From assembly GCA_026936335.1 (NCBI GenBank), contig JAPMXV010000015.1, positions 186,001 to 250,000 of the forward strand: a stretch of 64,000 nucleotides of DNA, in the 5' to 3' direction. Positions 29,566 through 39,438 of this stretch are shown here, one piece after another. Under the pieces are notes generated by a model that searched no databases, had not been told where the DNA came from, and saw nothing but the letters and a program-made list of their open reading frames with translations. The position numbers and the translations under genes were made by a program. Each line of letters starts with the position of its first letter. Positions within the stretch are counted from its first letter, which is position 1. Source of the stretch: Mantamonas sphyraenae STR306 (Eukaryota; Protista; CRuMs).

Positions 29566-31746
29566 ATGGATTTCTTTGACACGAGCGACCAGAGCTCGCA
29601 TTATCTGGACCTGGAAAGCGACCTGCTGAGCAGCCAGATGCTGCAGGGAGGGTTCGAAGACGTGATGGTGGAGTGCCACGACCCGACCTCGCCGCACAGC
29701 TTTTCGTCTACCAACTCGACCACGAGTGAGTATGTGAACAACGCAGACATGGATCTGGACCTGATGGGGGAGCTGCAGCGAGCAGATGCAGCAGTGCGTC
29801 TGCACAACGCCATGGGGCTGGAGGAGAAGCAAAAGGGAGGGGCAAACGGAGAAACGGCGGATGCAAACCAAGCAACGCTTTTGCAGGCGGCGTGCGCAGC
29901 TGCACAGCTGATGGACGTGCCGAGCGTGGGCGAGAGCCGCACTGTGGCCAAGGCGGAGGATGAGAGCGACAGCGAAAGCAGCAGCACGAGCAGTGGACGT
30001 AGCAGCGGGCGCAGCAAGAAAAAGGGCGGAAATGCGGCCAAGGCCAAGAAGAATGGCAAGGTGGCGACGTCTGCGGACGCAAGCGCGCTGGACGAACCGA
30101 TCAGCACACACCACCCGGATGGACGTCTGAAGACGGAGCAGGAGCTGCGTGAGGAGCGACGCAAGCGACGACTGCTGAAGAACCGAGAGAGTGCGCAGCT
30201 GAGCAGGCAGCGAAAGAAGAAGTACATTGAGACGCTGGAGAAGCAGGTGAGCGAGCTGAACGAAGAGAACAACCAACTGCACCGAGAGATGATTGCACTG
30301 CAGGCTGAGAACAGGCAGCTGCGGTCGCAGAACCAGGTGCTGCAGGGACTGCTGGCACCGCACGCAAACGAATCGGTGCAAGCAAAGCTGGAAGAGATGG
30401 TTGCTAGTCAGGCAAGCGACTCGATGGACGACGATGATGCAAGCAGCATGAGCAGCAGCAGCAGCGGAGAGACGCATCAGCGCAAGCGTGTGGTGACGAT
30501 CAGCAAGCCGAGCAAGAGCGGACGACGCAACTATGCGAAGCAGGAGCGACTGCAGACGACGGGCATGGTGCTTGTGGTCCTGTTCAGTGTGGGCATGCTG
30601 ATGGCACCGGGAGCCAAGAAGCTGAAGAACAAGCTGACGGGCGAGGAGCTGAACGCAGCAGCAGCGGCGGCAGCGGCGGCAGGGATGACCTACGAGGGCG
30701 AGAGTGTGCCCAAGGTGGAGGTGGGTCGTCGTGTGCTGTTGTCTGTGGGCGGCGGCGGTGGCGGCAACAGCGGCGGCAGCGGCGAGGTTGTGTCGCCGCG
30801 TGCTCGTGCTTCGCCCGCTCCGATGGAGGCGACGGAGGCAGGCAAGGGCCGCAAGCGAGGAGTGGAGGAGGTGGCGGCGATGCTGAAGGGTCAGCTGGAG
30901 CTGAACGAGCATGTGCAGGCGTCAGAGTTGGCGAGCGTGCAGGCGTCGAAGAAGCAGCGGCTGGGAGACGGAGGCAGCAAGCCGGTGATGATCATCCACG
31001 AGGAGGAGGAGGAAGAAGAGGAACATGGAGAGAGCAGCAGCGAGCTGAAGGGCGGGTGTGCAGCGAACGTCGAGGCGTACCGTGACCAGCCGCACACGTA
31101 TGTGTTTTGCGGAGACGCGTTCCAGCTGCGTGCGTCGCCGATGGACAAGGCACGCATGGAGGTGAACGCAGTGAAGGAGGAGCTGCACGCACAGGGAAGC
31201 AGCAAGATGGGTGTGGAGGAGATTGGACACGGGCAGCGCGGTTCGACGATTGGGTCGCAGCAGGAGGAGGAGACGGAGGGAGGTGAGTATGGACAGGGCG
31301 GGTTTGTGCGACGTAGCCGACGTGCACGCAAGCCTGTGCAGACTCTGGCATCGACGCAGGGGATGGGAGCAGGAATGGGAGGCGGGAAGAAGGAGGACGG
31401 GGAGGAGAAGACGGTGGGGATGATTGTTGCAGAGGAGCAGGAGAAGCGAGCGGCAGAGCGAAAGGCGATGCTGGCAAGCAGCATGGAAGGGCTGATGGGC
31501 AACGTGAGTGGAGGTGGAGGGGAGATGATGATGAAGGTGGGAGGCGGGCTGAGCATGAGTGCGGGGAAAGGGGAAGGAAGCGGACAACCGCTGCTGTCGA
31601 TTGTGTTGCCGTACAAGGCGTTCAACAGGCAGGCAGAGGATGGAGAGTTGATCCAGCTGACGTGTGAAGTGCACGGGGCAGAGCTGGTGCCGAGTGCAAA
31701 TGCGACGGCGGCGACGGTGGGGGGAGGTGCGTTGGTGCGGGCGTGA
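29566..31746 (+). CDS. Membrane-tethered bZIP transcription factor, ATF6/bZIP28-like (copy 1)
   Basis: bZIP RRKRRLLKNRESAQLSRQRKKKYIETLEKQVSELNEENNQL; TM GMVLVVLFSVGMLM; RxxL site RRVLL; C-terminal LSIVLP...LIQLTCEV resembling the ATF6 luminal motifs. Confidence 0.8.
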   Translation: MDFFDTSDQSSHYLDLESDLLSSQMLQGGFEDVMVECHDPTSPHSFSSTNSTTSEYVNNADMDLDLMGELQRADAAVRLHNAMGLEEKQKGGANGETADANQATLLQAACAAAQLMDVPSVGESRTVAKAEDESDSESSSTSSGRSSGRSKKKGGNAAKAKKNGKVATSADASALDEPISTHHPDGRLKTEQELREERRKRRLLKNRESAQLSRQRKKKYIETLEKQVSELNEENNQLHREMIALQAENRQLRSQNQVLQGLLAPHANESVQAKLEEMVASQASDSMDDDDASSMSSSSSGETHQRKRVVTISKPSKSGRRNYAKQERLQTTGMVLVVLFSVGMLMAPGAKKLKNKLTGEELNAAAAAAAAAGMTYEGESVPKVEVGRRVLLSVGGGGGGNSGGSGEVVSPRARASPAPMEATEAGKGRKRGVEEVAAMLKGQLELNEHVQASELASVQASKKQRLGDGGSKPVMIIHEEEEEEEEHGESSSELKGGCAANVEAYRDQPHTYVFCGDAFQLRASPMDKARMEVNAVKEELHAQGSSKMGVEEIGHGQRGSTIGSQQEEETEGGEYGQGGFVRRSRRARKPVQTLASTQGMGAGMGGGKKEDGEEKTVGMIVAEEQEKRAAERKAMLASSMEGLMGNVSGGGGEMMMKVGGGLSMSAGKGEGSGQPLLSIVLPYKAFNRQAEDGELIQLTCEVHGAELVPSANATAATVGGGALVRA

Positions 31747-31751
31747 AGAGG

Positions 31752-31791
31752 GAGATGGATGATGGATGATGGATGATGGATGATGGATGAA
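31752..31791 (+). repeat. (GGATGAT)n short tandem repeat in the convergent intergenic region
   Basis: About five units visible; mirrored at ~39395-39433. Confidence 0.8.
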
Positions 31792-31819
31792 ATCCCCACG
31801 TCTCTGATTGCTTGCCTGA

Positions 31820-34800
31820 CTACTTGCTGTATTGCTCTAGCCAAATCTCGTCCAGAGGTGTCTTGCGTTCGCGCAGAGTCATTTCGAGCTGCACATCGCG
31901 CAGCGCCGGCGGGAACTTGAGCAGTTGGAGCAGCAGAGGTACCATGACCCACGAAACCAGCCAACCAAAGAATGAAACCAAAAAGAGGAGAATGGAGATG
32001 ACGGCGCCGTTCCCCTCCATGAACGGATACAGGAGGCCGACGCACAAGTTGCTGAGGCCGCTGTACCAGATACTCGGGCCGGCAGAGCCAAAGGTGCGCT
32101 CGATGCGTGTCTGCGGGTGCTTGCCGTTGATTGTGTTGAAGGTGAGGCACATGTGGCCGGTCTGGTCCATGCCAATGCCAAAGGCGATGACGAGGGAGCA
32201 CAGAGTGTAAACCGTGAACTGAAAGTCGACGAGGATGAGTACGCCGAGGACACAGCCCAACGAAACAAGCATGCTTGTCATGACAATGAGAGCAGAAAAG
32301 GGATTGATGAGCAAAATGGCAGAGACGCATCCAACAGAGGCCACGGCGATCAAAGCGGCCCACAGCAGTGAGTCCGTGAGCAGCTGCTCGTTGACTGCGT
32401 CTGCCAACTCGACCGCACTGAGCTTGTAGGCCACTTCCGAACCCAGGGCCTGGGTCACACGAGCCTGCAAGTCAAAGGCCTCTTCGGCAGTGCGCGGACG
32501 ACGCACAAACATGACCATCCGAGTGCGATCGATTTCGACGCCGTTCCACATCACGTCATACCGCGCCTCCGTGGCACCCATGGCACGCAGCCCTGCGTTG
32601 AACGCGGAAGCGTCTGTTGGCAACGCAGAGGTGCCGTTCAGGGTGCCTGCGTAATCTCGCAACCAGCAGCGTGGTTGCATGCCCACAAGCCAGTTACCCT
32701 GGACAGCTTCCATGTTGTGGCACATCGTAAGCACCTTTTTGGCCACCAGCGGGTCATGGTAGGCAATGCCACGGGAGAGAAGCACCTCCAGGGTTTCAAA
32801 GGCCTCTGGGAAGCGTGCAAGTTGCTCGGCACGCCAAGCGAGCCTTTGGTCGTTCCCCGTGCCGGCGTCCTGGTACCCCACAATGATCGTCCAGGGCATA
32901 AACGCGCCGCACAGAGCCAATCCCAGCAGCGCAAGTGACAACAAGGAACAGACAGCCCAGCCCGAGCGGCGTGTTGCGTATTTGGCGCCGTACTTCTTCA
33001 GGGCAAAGCCGATGGGGATGGGCACCTCACGTTTGACAAAGGCATCGCTCATTTCGCTGATGAAACTGCGTGCAGTAGTTGCCATGTCGTCCCCGCCACG
33101 CGATTGTTCGCCCGAAAGGCGCCCTCCACTGCGTGTGCTGCCTGTGAAGCTCGTGCGTCGAGAAGACCCGTCCGCGTTGCCCTCGCCCAGGGCCACCGAA
33201 GAGTCGCGCCGGTCGCTGGCTCGCAACGACTCAATCTCCACCACTGCGCTTGCGTTTGTGTGAGCCTTGAGCATGGAGGCGCCCAGGCGGTTTGCTTCCC
33301 GTCGGGCTTCAGTTGCTTCCTGGGTCTTTTCGTCGTCGTCGGCCTCATCTTGTGCCACGGCCTGTTTGGTGCACATGCAACAGGAGCCGCGTTGCTGGGC
33401 GGATGCGTCGCGACGGTCGTTCCAGCGCATCTCGAGAGAAAGGACAGCCACAAAGAAGGTCATCTGGAAGAGAAAATCCACCGCCAGGGCGATGACCGTG
33501 GTGAGACAGAAGGCCACAGTGGCTGGAGAGGCGCCATACGTGCCAGCGAGAAAGACGGCAAGGTCGGTGAGGGTGGTCATGAAGATGGCGGTGGCCGATT
33601 CTCCAATTGCGGTTGCCATCCTGCGCTCCACACTGCCCTTGTTTGCACGGCGCACGGCAAACATGAGCACAAACACGTCGTCAACCCCAACGAGCACCGC
33701 CACAAAGTACGCCGAAATGACAAACTGGGAGGGTGGGGGGCCAAACAGCGAGAGGATGGGGACGGGCGCAGTAGCAGGCAGCGACCGTGCAGATCAATCC
33801 AGCCATGGACGAGAGAAGGTACCATCGTTCGTGCAGCGAGGCACTTGCTACTATGAGAAGAAACACCACGCCGGCGCCAGCAAGCAGGAACCCCTGGGAG
33901 GTAACCACAGCCAAAGGCTTTGCGGTGGTGACAAAAACTTCATAGTCGACAAGATCGGCGTTGGTGGAGATGACACGATTCTGGATTTCCAGCAAAACAC
34001 GCTCCACGTCGTCGTGTGCGGTCTGGTACTGTGTTGCACTGTCGTCCACATTCTGTGTGGTGGGCCAGGGAGTGCGTATGGAGCGTGTGAGCAAGGCGTC
34101 CGTGGTGGAGTCCGCGCTGGACCTTTTTTCGAAGCAGGGATTTGGAAAAAGTTTTGCGCAAACCAACCCGATCATGGGTGGTCATCGAAACTCACGGGCT
34201 GGATTTCCCACACGACACGCATGGATGTGGCACTGGTGAGGTTTCCGAAGGCATCCCGCTTGATGCCGCCAAAGAACTGAGCCGTGGGAACGGTTCCCTC
34301 TTTCTTGGTGACGGTTGCGTCTCGAAGCTGGGCCTCAGCCAACGACCAGCCTCCATGGAGCACCAAACATGGCTCTCCCTGCTTGGTCACACGCATGAGG
34401 CGTTTTTCTCTGATGTCCAGGTCGAACGAGGGTGCAGATGGCAGGCAGGCCTGCGCGAAGGTCAGTTTGTTGGTGCTCGCCTGCTCCACCGCGGTCCGCA
34501 CACGGTGCAGGCTTGCAAACCCTTCCTCGGTGAGCACGTTGCGAGGCTGCACAGTTCTGGCTGCCAACCTCTGATTGGTAAATTCGGGGGCGTTGTCGCG
34601 ATGCGTCAGGATGACATCGACGTATTGGCGAAGCCCAAATGTTTGCACGTTTTGGACAAACCCTGATTGCTGGTCAGCATAGAGCGGTGCCAGGCCACGG
34701 TGCACACGTTGGGCTTCCTGTCCTCCCAGGAGGGCCACGGCAACCACGATGCACACAACCAGCAGGATGTGACACACAGGGCGTCGGGTGACTCGCAGCG

Positions 34801-34927
34801 AGTGGTTGTAGAACGCAGCGTGCACGCGCAGGTCCGCGTTGAGACCGAGCTGCATCCACGTGGGTGACTTGACCACCTTTGCAGCTAGAACGTTGCGCTT
34901 GCGATGGTCTCGTGACGATGTTTGCAT
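31820..34927 (-). CDS. Patched/NPC1-family sterol-sensing-domain RND membrane protein; intron 34053-34195; apparent 1-nt frameshift near 33770
   Basis: SSD motifs VGVDDVFVL, GESATAIFMTTLTDLAVFLAG, DFLFQMTFFVAVLSL; second TM block IAFGIGMDQTGH, GPSIWYSGLS; GTGAGT...ACACAG phase-0 intron. Confidence 0.75.
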
Positions 34928-35313
34928 GTTGGGGAGAAAATTGCGATCGTCGCCGAATGGAATTGAAATGGTGGCTGTGCTGGGGCAGGGAAGTGGGAAG
35001 GAACTGTGCACGTGTGCCAGTGTGAATGACATGATGGCCGCATTGGCGATGTGTGGATGCAGTCAGGATATTGGCCATGGATGACAAGTCGGAGAGGTTT
35101 GGAGTTTGATTGCGATGACGGAGCCATTGAATTGAGGAAGGTGTGTTGTGAGCACATCCACGTGGAATGTTTGGTGTGACGCCCAAGAGAGACAGGGACA
35201 GAGAGAGAGTGTGTGTGTTTGTGGGCTGACAAGGATGGGTGTGTGTGTGTGTGGTGTGCTGCTCGGGTGCAAATCATGGGATCTCCTTTTGCTTCAGCGT
35301 CTCTGTCGTAATT

Positions 35314-36145
35314 ATGAGCAGATCGGCTGTAAGTTGAAGAGTGTGTGTGAGTGGCGAGGAGGGTGGGATGCAGAAGGAGGATGGGGTGGGGAGGATGGAT
35401 AGAGACTGACACGAGAGATGACGGGGTGTTTGTGTGGGCATGCGCAGAAAAAAAACCACTTCGACTTTCACGGTGTCGTGCGGACAGCCCGGTGATGATG
35501 GAATCCTGGAGGCACCGCAGCTGGTGAGTTTGAAAGTGGGGTGGGAAGGATGTGTGGGAGTTGGGAAGGGTGTGAGGAGGACGGGGGCGGAGAGGGGGGA
35601 GGTGAGGAGCAGTTGTGCTTTTGCATGCGAGAGCGAGAGTGGCAAGGGCAGAGAGCAAGGGGATGGAAGGGGGGAGGACGGTGAAAGGGGATGAGGGTGG
35701 TAGGAGTGAAGGGGGGCCGTGGGATGGAGGAGGTGGTTGTTGGGAAGGGGTTGTTGAAGTGTGGGAAGGAGGAGAGAGAAAGGAGGGAAGCGGGCGTCGA
35801 GTGGCTCCGGCAATTGGCACACACACACACACACACACACACATGCTGACAACATTGCATTTGACTCTCGCGCAGGCCAACTTCTTTGTGGAGCACATCA
35901 AGGTGGACGGCAAGGTGAACAACCTGCAGGAGACTGTGTCTGTGACGGCAGCAGACAACAAGGTGACGGTGACGGTTGTTGGCCCGTTCAGCAAGCGCTA
36001 CCTGAAGTACCTGACGAAGAAGTACCTGAAGAAGCAGACACTGCGCGACTTTATGCGTGTGGTGGCCAGCAGCAAGGCCGGGTACACTGTCAAGTACTTC
36101 AAGCACACCCTGGAGGAGGACAGCGACGACGAGGAGGAGGACTAA
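35314..36145 (+). CDS. RPL22: 60S ribosomal protein L22e (copy 1); exons 35314-35328, 35448-35523, 35876-36145
   Basis: FTVSCGQPGDDGIL|ANFFVEHIKVDGKVNNL...FSKRYLKYLTKKYLKKQTLRDFMRVVAS; GT-AG introns. The A-run at the start of exon 2 has 8 A versus 7 in copy 2, a probable homopolymer error. Confidence 0.92.
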
Positions 36146-36183
36146 TCAGCTCTCTCCACCCCGAAATGAAATGTTTGCATTCC

Positions 36184-36215
<32 letters not shown>

Positions 36216-36399
36216 CTATCTGTCTCGCTTGCTTGCGTCTTCTTGCCCCGTTTCGAGCGTGTGCACCTACAAATCACTGCAAATCAACCACACAAAGAAG
36301 GAACTGAAGGAAGCACCATCCATTGGCCTCACCTTTCCACACTCTGTGGCTCTTTCACTCGCTCATCTCATGCAGAGACCACACAGCACGGCAAGTGGA

Positions 36400-37903
36400 T
36401 CACTGGAAGGCCTTGAGGACGTTGATGCGGTACATGAAATCCGAGGCCTTGACCGGGTTGACGGCGTCGCTCTGCGAGAGACGAGTAAGACGGGCAATCT
36501 CGTTGGCCGGAAAGTCGGCGCCCTTGGCCAGGATCTTGGTCATGACCTTGACGTAGTACTTGGCACGCTTGGCGTCGGCGGCATCCACCTCGGCGGCGGC
36601 AGTCTCGGCCTTGGCCTTGACAGCCTCCTTGTCGTCGGCACCCACAAACTCGGTGGCCAGGGCATCCAGGGACTCGATGCGTCCGGCGGTGGGCAGCAGC
36701 GAGCCATCCTCCGTGCGCTGGGTGCCAGTCTTGTCGTTGAGAAAGTCCACAAAGTCCTTCACCTCGCGGCCTCCCTGGTACGCCTCGCCCTCCTTGTTGT
36801 CCTTGGGGAAGAACTTGATGGTCGGGTAGCCCGACACGCCGTACTGCGAGCACACGCTGCCGTGGGCGTCGCAGTCGATGTTGGCAACCACCACGTTCTC
36901 CTCGCCCGCGTATGCGGCCGCAACCTTCTCGTACTTGGGCATCAGTGCCTTGCAGTGTCCGCACCCTGTGTGTACCATTCCACCCCGACCCCAAGGGGAG
37001 TCATCGTGTGTCAGTTGACTTGGTGGCACTTTGCTGTGGCCCCCTCCCACCCCGTCTACGCCACACGGAAAGAAAAACCTGCATGACGTCACTCCCTCCA
37101 AGCACACGCAGTGGCACCGGTCGTTGCAACTGTGTGCACACATGCTCACTCCTTCCACTTACACGGGGCGTAGAATTCCACAAGCACATCCTTGTTCGAG
37201 TCCTTGACGATCGAGTCGAAGCTGGCAGGGGTCAGAACGTTGATGGCGGTCGGCGCCTTCTTGATCTTGGCGTACGTGCCGGCCTTCTCGTTGACCCAGC
37301 GCACCAGTTCGTCGGCGCTGCGGCCGCCGGTGTAATCTTCGGGCGTGGTGTCACCCTTCTTGAACCACTTGAGCGTGGGGAAACCGCTAACGCCGAAGCG
37401 AGAGCCCAGCGAACGGTGTGCGTCCGCGTCCACCTTGGCAATCACCACACCATCGATGTTCTTGAACGCAGTGCCCAGAAGCTCGTACTCCTGCACATAC
37501 GCATACGCGCAAACACACACACAGAGGCGTTTGCACATTGCGAGTCAGTTTTGGTCCTCCTCTCATCCTTAACGGGGCGTACAAAGGAGCCGGAAACGCG
37601 AGCAGCCGGAAACGAGAGGCGCCAAGACACTTACGGGAGCAAGGCGCTTGCAGTGACCACACCCTAACCACACACCCAGGCGCAACACGTCACACAGAGT
37701 TAGTAGACGCACACAATGACACGCACGGTCGCCATGGGTGCACACAGTCACAGGATCGACGTACAGGGGGCAAAAAACTCAACAAGGGCATCGGAGCTGC
37801 CGTCGATCACATCGTCAAAGTTGTCGGGCGTCAGATCCACGACATCGGAAGCAGCACAAGCGCAGACAATGGCCAGCAAGACAAACACAGCAAATCGCGA
37901 CAT
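36400..37903 (-). CDS. Protein disulfide isomerase, a-a'-D (ERp38/plant PDIL2-1) type; exons 37903-37765, 37663-37635, 37490-37163, 36965-36400
   Basis: Signal peptide; two WCGHCK thioredoxin domains reconstructed by splicing; ERp29-like C-terminal helical domain (YYVKVMTKILAKG.DFPANEIARL...RINVLKAF); no KDEL. Confidence 0.9.
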
Positions 37904-38311
37904 GGCAGTTTGTGTTGGACGAGAGAGTGCATTGGCGAATGGTGGGGAGGGAAAACTTACGGCACAAGACGTGGAATCTCCCGACTCTCACTACGCCAGT
38001 GGGTGTGGATAACTGGGGGCTGGGAAGCACAGACAGGCAGCAGTATTGCAGCACAATGAGGACGACAAACAACGAGGTAGCAGGAAGACTTGCACAGCCG
38101 AAAACCAGCCGTGCAGCTTGCCTGCAGCGCCCCGCTCGTCCCCGGCTGCAATGCAGGCCCTTAGCGTCTGGCCCAGCACACCCCATGCACCCCTGACAAC
38201 TCCCAGAGTGTCGGTTTCGCAATGGTGAGGGCATGCACACGTGGCAGGGTGTGTATCAATCGATAAGGGTAGACACTGTGGGGCGAAACGCAGGCGTGAA
38301 TTTGGAGCTGA

Positions 38312-39133
38312 TTAGTCCTCCTCCTCGTCGTCGCTGTCCTCCTCCAGGGTGTGCTTGAAGTACTTGACAGTGTACCCGGCCTTGCTGCTGGCCACCACAC
38401 GCATAAAGTCGCGCAGTGTCTGCTTCTTCAGGTACTTCTTCGTCAGGTACTTCAGGTAGCGCTTGCTGAACGGGCCAACAACCGTCACCGTCACCTTGTT
38501 GTCTGCTGCCGTCACAGACACAGTCTCCTGCAGGTTGTTCACCTTGCCGTCCACCTTGATGTGCTCCACAAAGAAGTTGGCCTGCGCGAGAGTCAAATGC
38601 AATGTTGTCAGCATGTGTGTGTGTGTGTGTGTGCCAATTGCCGGAGCCACTCGACGCCCGCTTCCCTCCTTCTCTCTCCTCCTTCCCACACTTCAACAAC
38701 CCCTTCCCAACAACCAACTCCTCCATCCCACGCCCCCCCTTCACTCCTACCACCCTCATCCCCTTTCACCGTCCTCCCCCCTTCCATCCCATTGCTCTCT
38801 GCCCTTGCCACTCTCGCTCTCGCATGCAAAAGCACAACTGCTCCTCACCTCCCCCCTCTCCGCCCCCCTTCTCCTCACACCCTTCCCTATTCCCACACAT
38901 CCTTCCCACCCCACTTTCAAACTCACCAGCTGCGGTGCCTCCAGGATTCCATCATCACCGGGCTGTCCGCACGACACCGTGAAAGTCGAAGTGGTTTTTT
39001 TCTGCGCATGCCCACACAAACACCCCGTCATCTCTCGTGTCAGTCTCTATCCATCCTCCCCACCCCATCCTCCTTCTGCATCCCACCCTCCTCCCCACTC
39101 ACACACTCTTCAACTTACAGCCGATCTGCTCAT
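38312..39133 (-). CDS. RPL22: 60S ribosomal protein L22e (copy 2), same three-exon structure
   Basis: Coding sequence matches copy 1; splices in frame (MSRSA|KKTTSTF...). Confidence 0.92.
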
Positions 39134-39438
39134 AATTACGACAGAGACGCTGAAGCAAAAGGAGATCCCATGATTTGCACCCGAGCAGCACACCACACAC
39201 ACACGCCCATCCTTGTCAGCCCACAAACACACACACACACTCTGTCCCTGTCTCTATTGGGCGTCACACCAAACATTCCACGTGGATGTGCTCACAACAC
39301 ACCTTCCTCAAAATTCAATGGCTCCGTCACCGCAATCAAACTCAGCCGAGCAATACAGTAAGTAGTCAGGCAAGCAATCAGAGACGTGGGGATTTCATCC
39401 ATCATCCATCATCCAGCATCCATCATCCATCTCCCTCT

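Larger units (their letters stand above)
26635..36152 (+). repeat. Left arm of inverted segmental duplication (includes the Patched-like gene 31838-35101 that is absent from the right arm)
   Basis: 26635-31837 is the reverse complement of ~39348-44537; 35102-36152 is the reverse complement of 38305-39343. Confidence 0.95.

Noticed and set aside
31838-35101. Patched-like gene as a mobile insertion in the left arm
   Set aside because: No TIR, TSD or transposase is visible, and the right arm retains the gene's last codons, which indicates deletion.
37925-37980. ERSE in the PDI promoter
   Set aside because: CCACG and CCAAT are both present on the minus strand, but not in CCAAT-N9-CCACG order or spacing.
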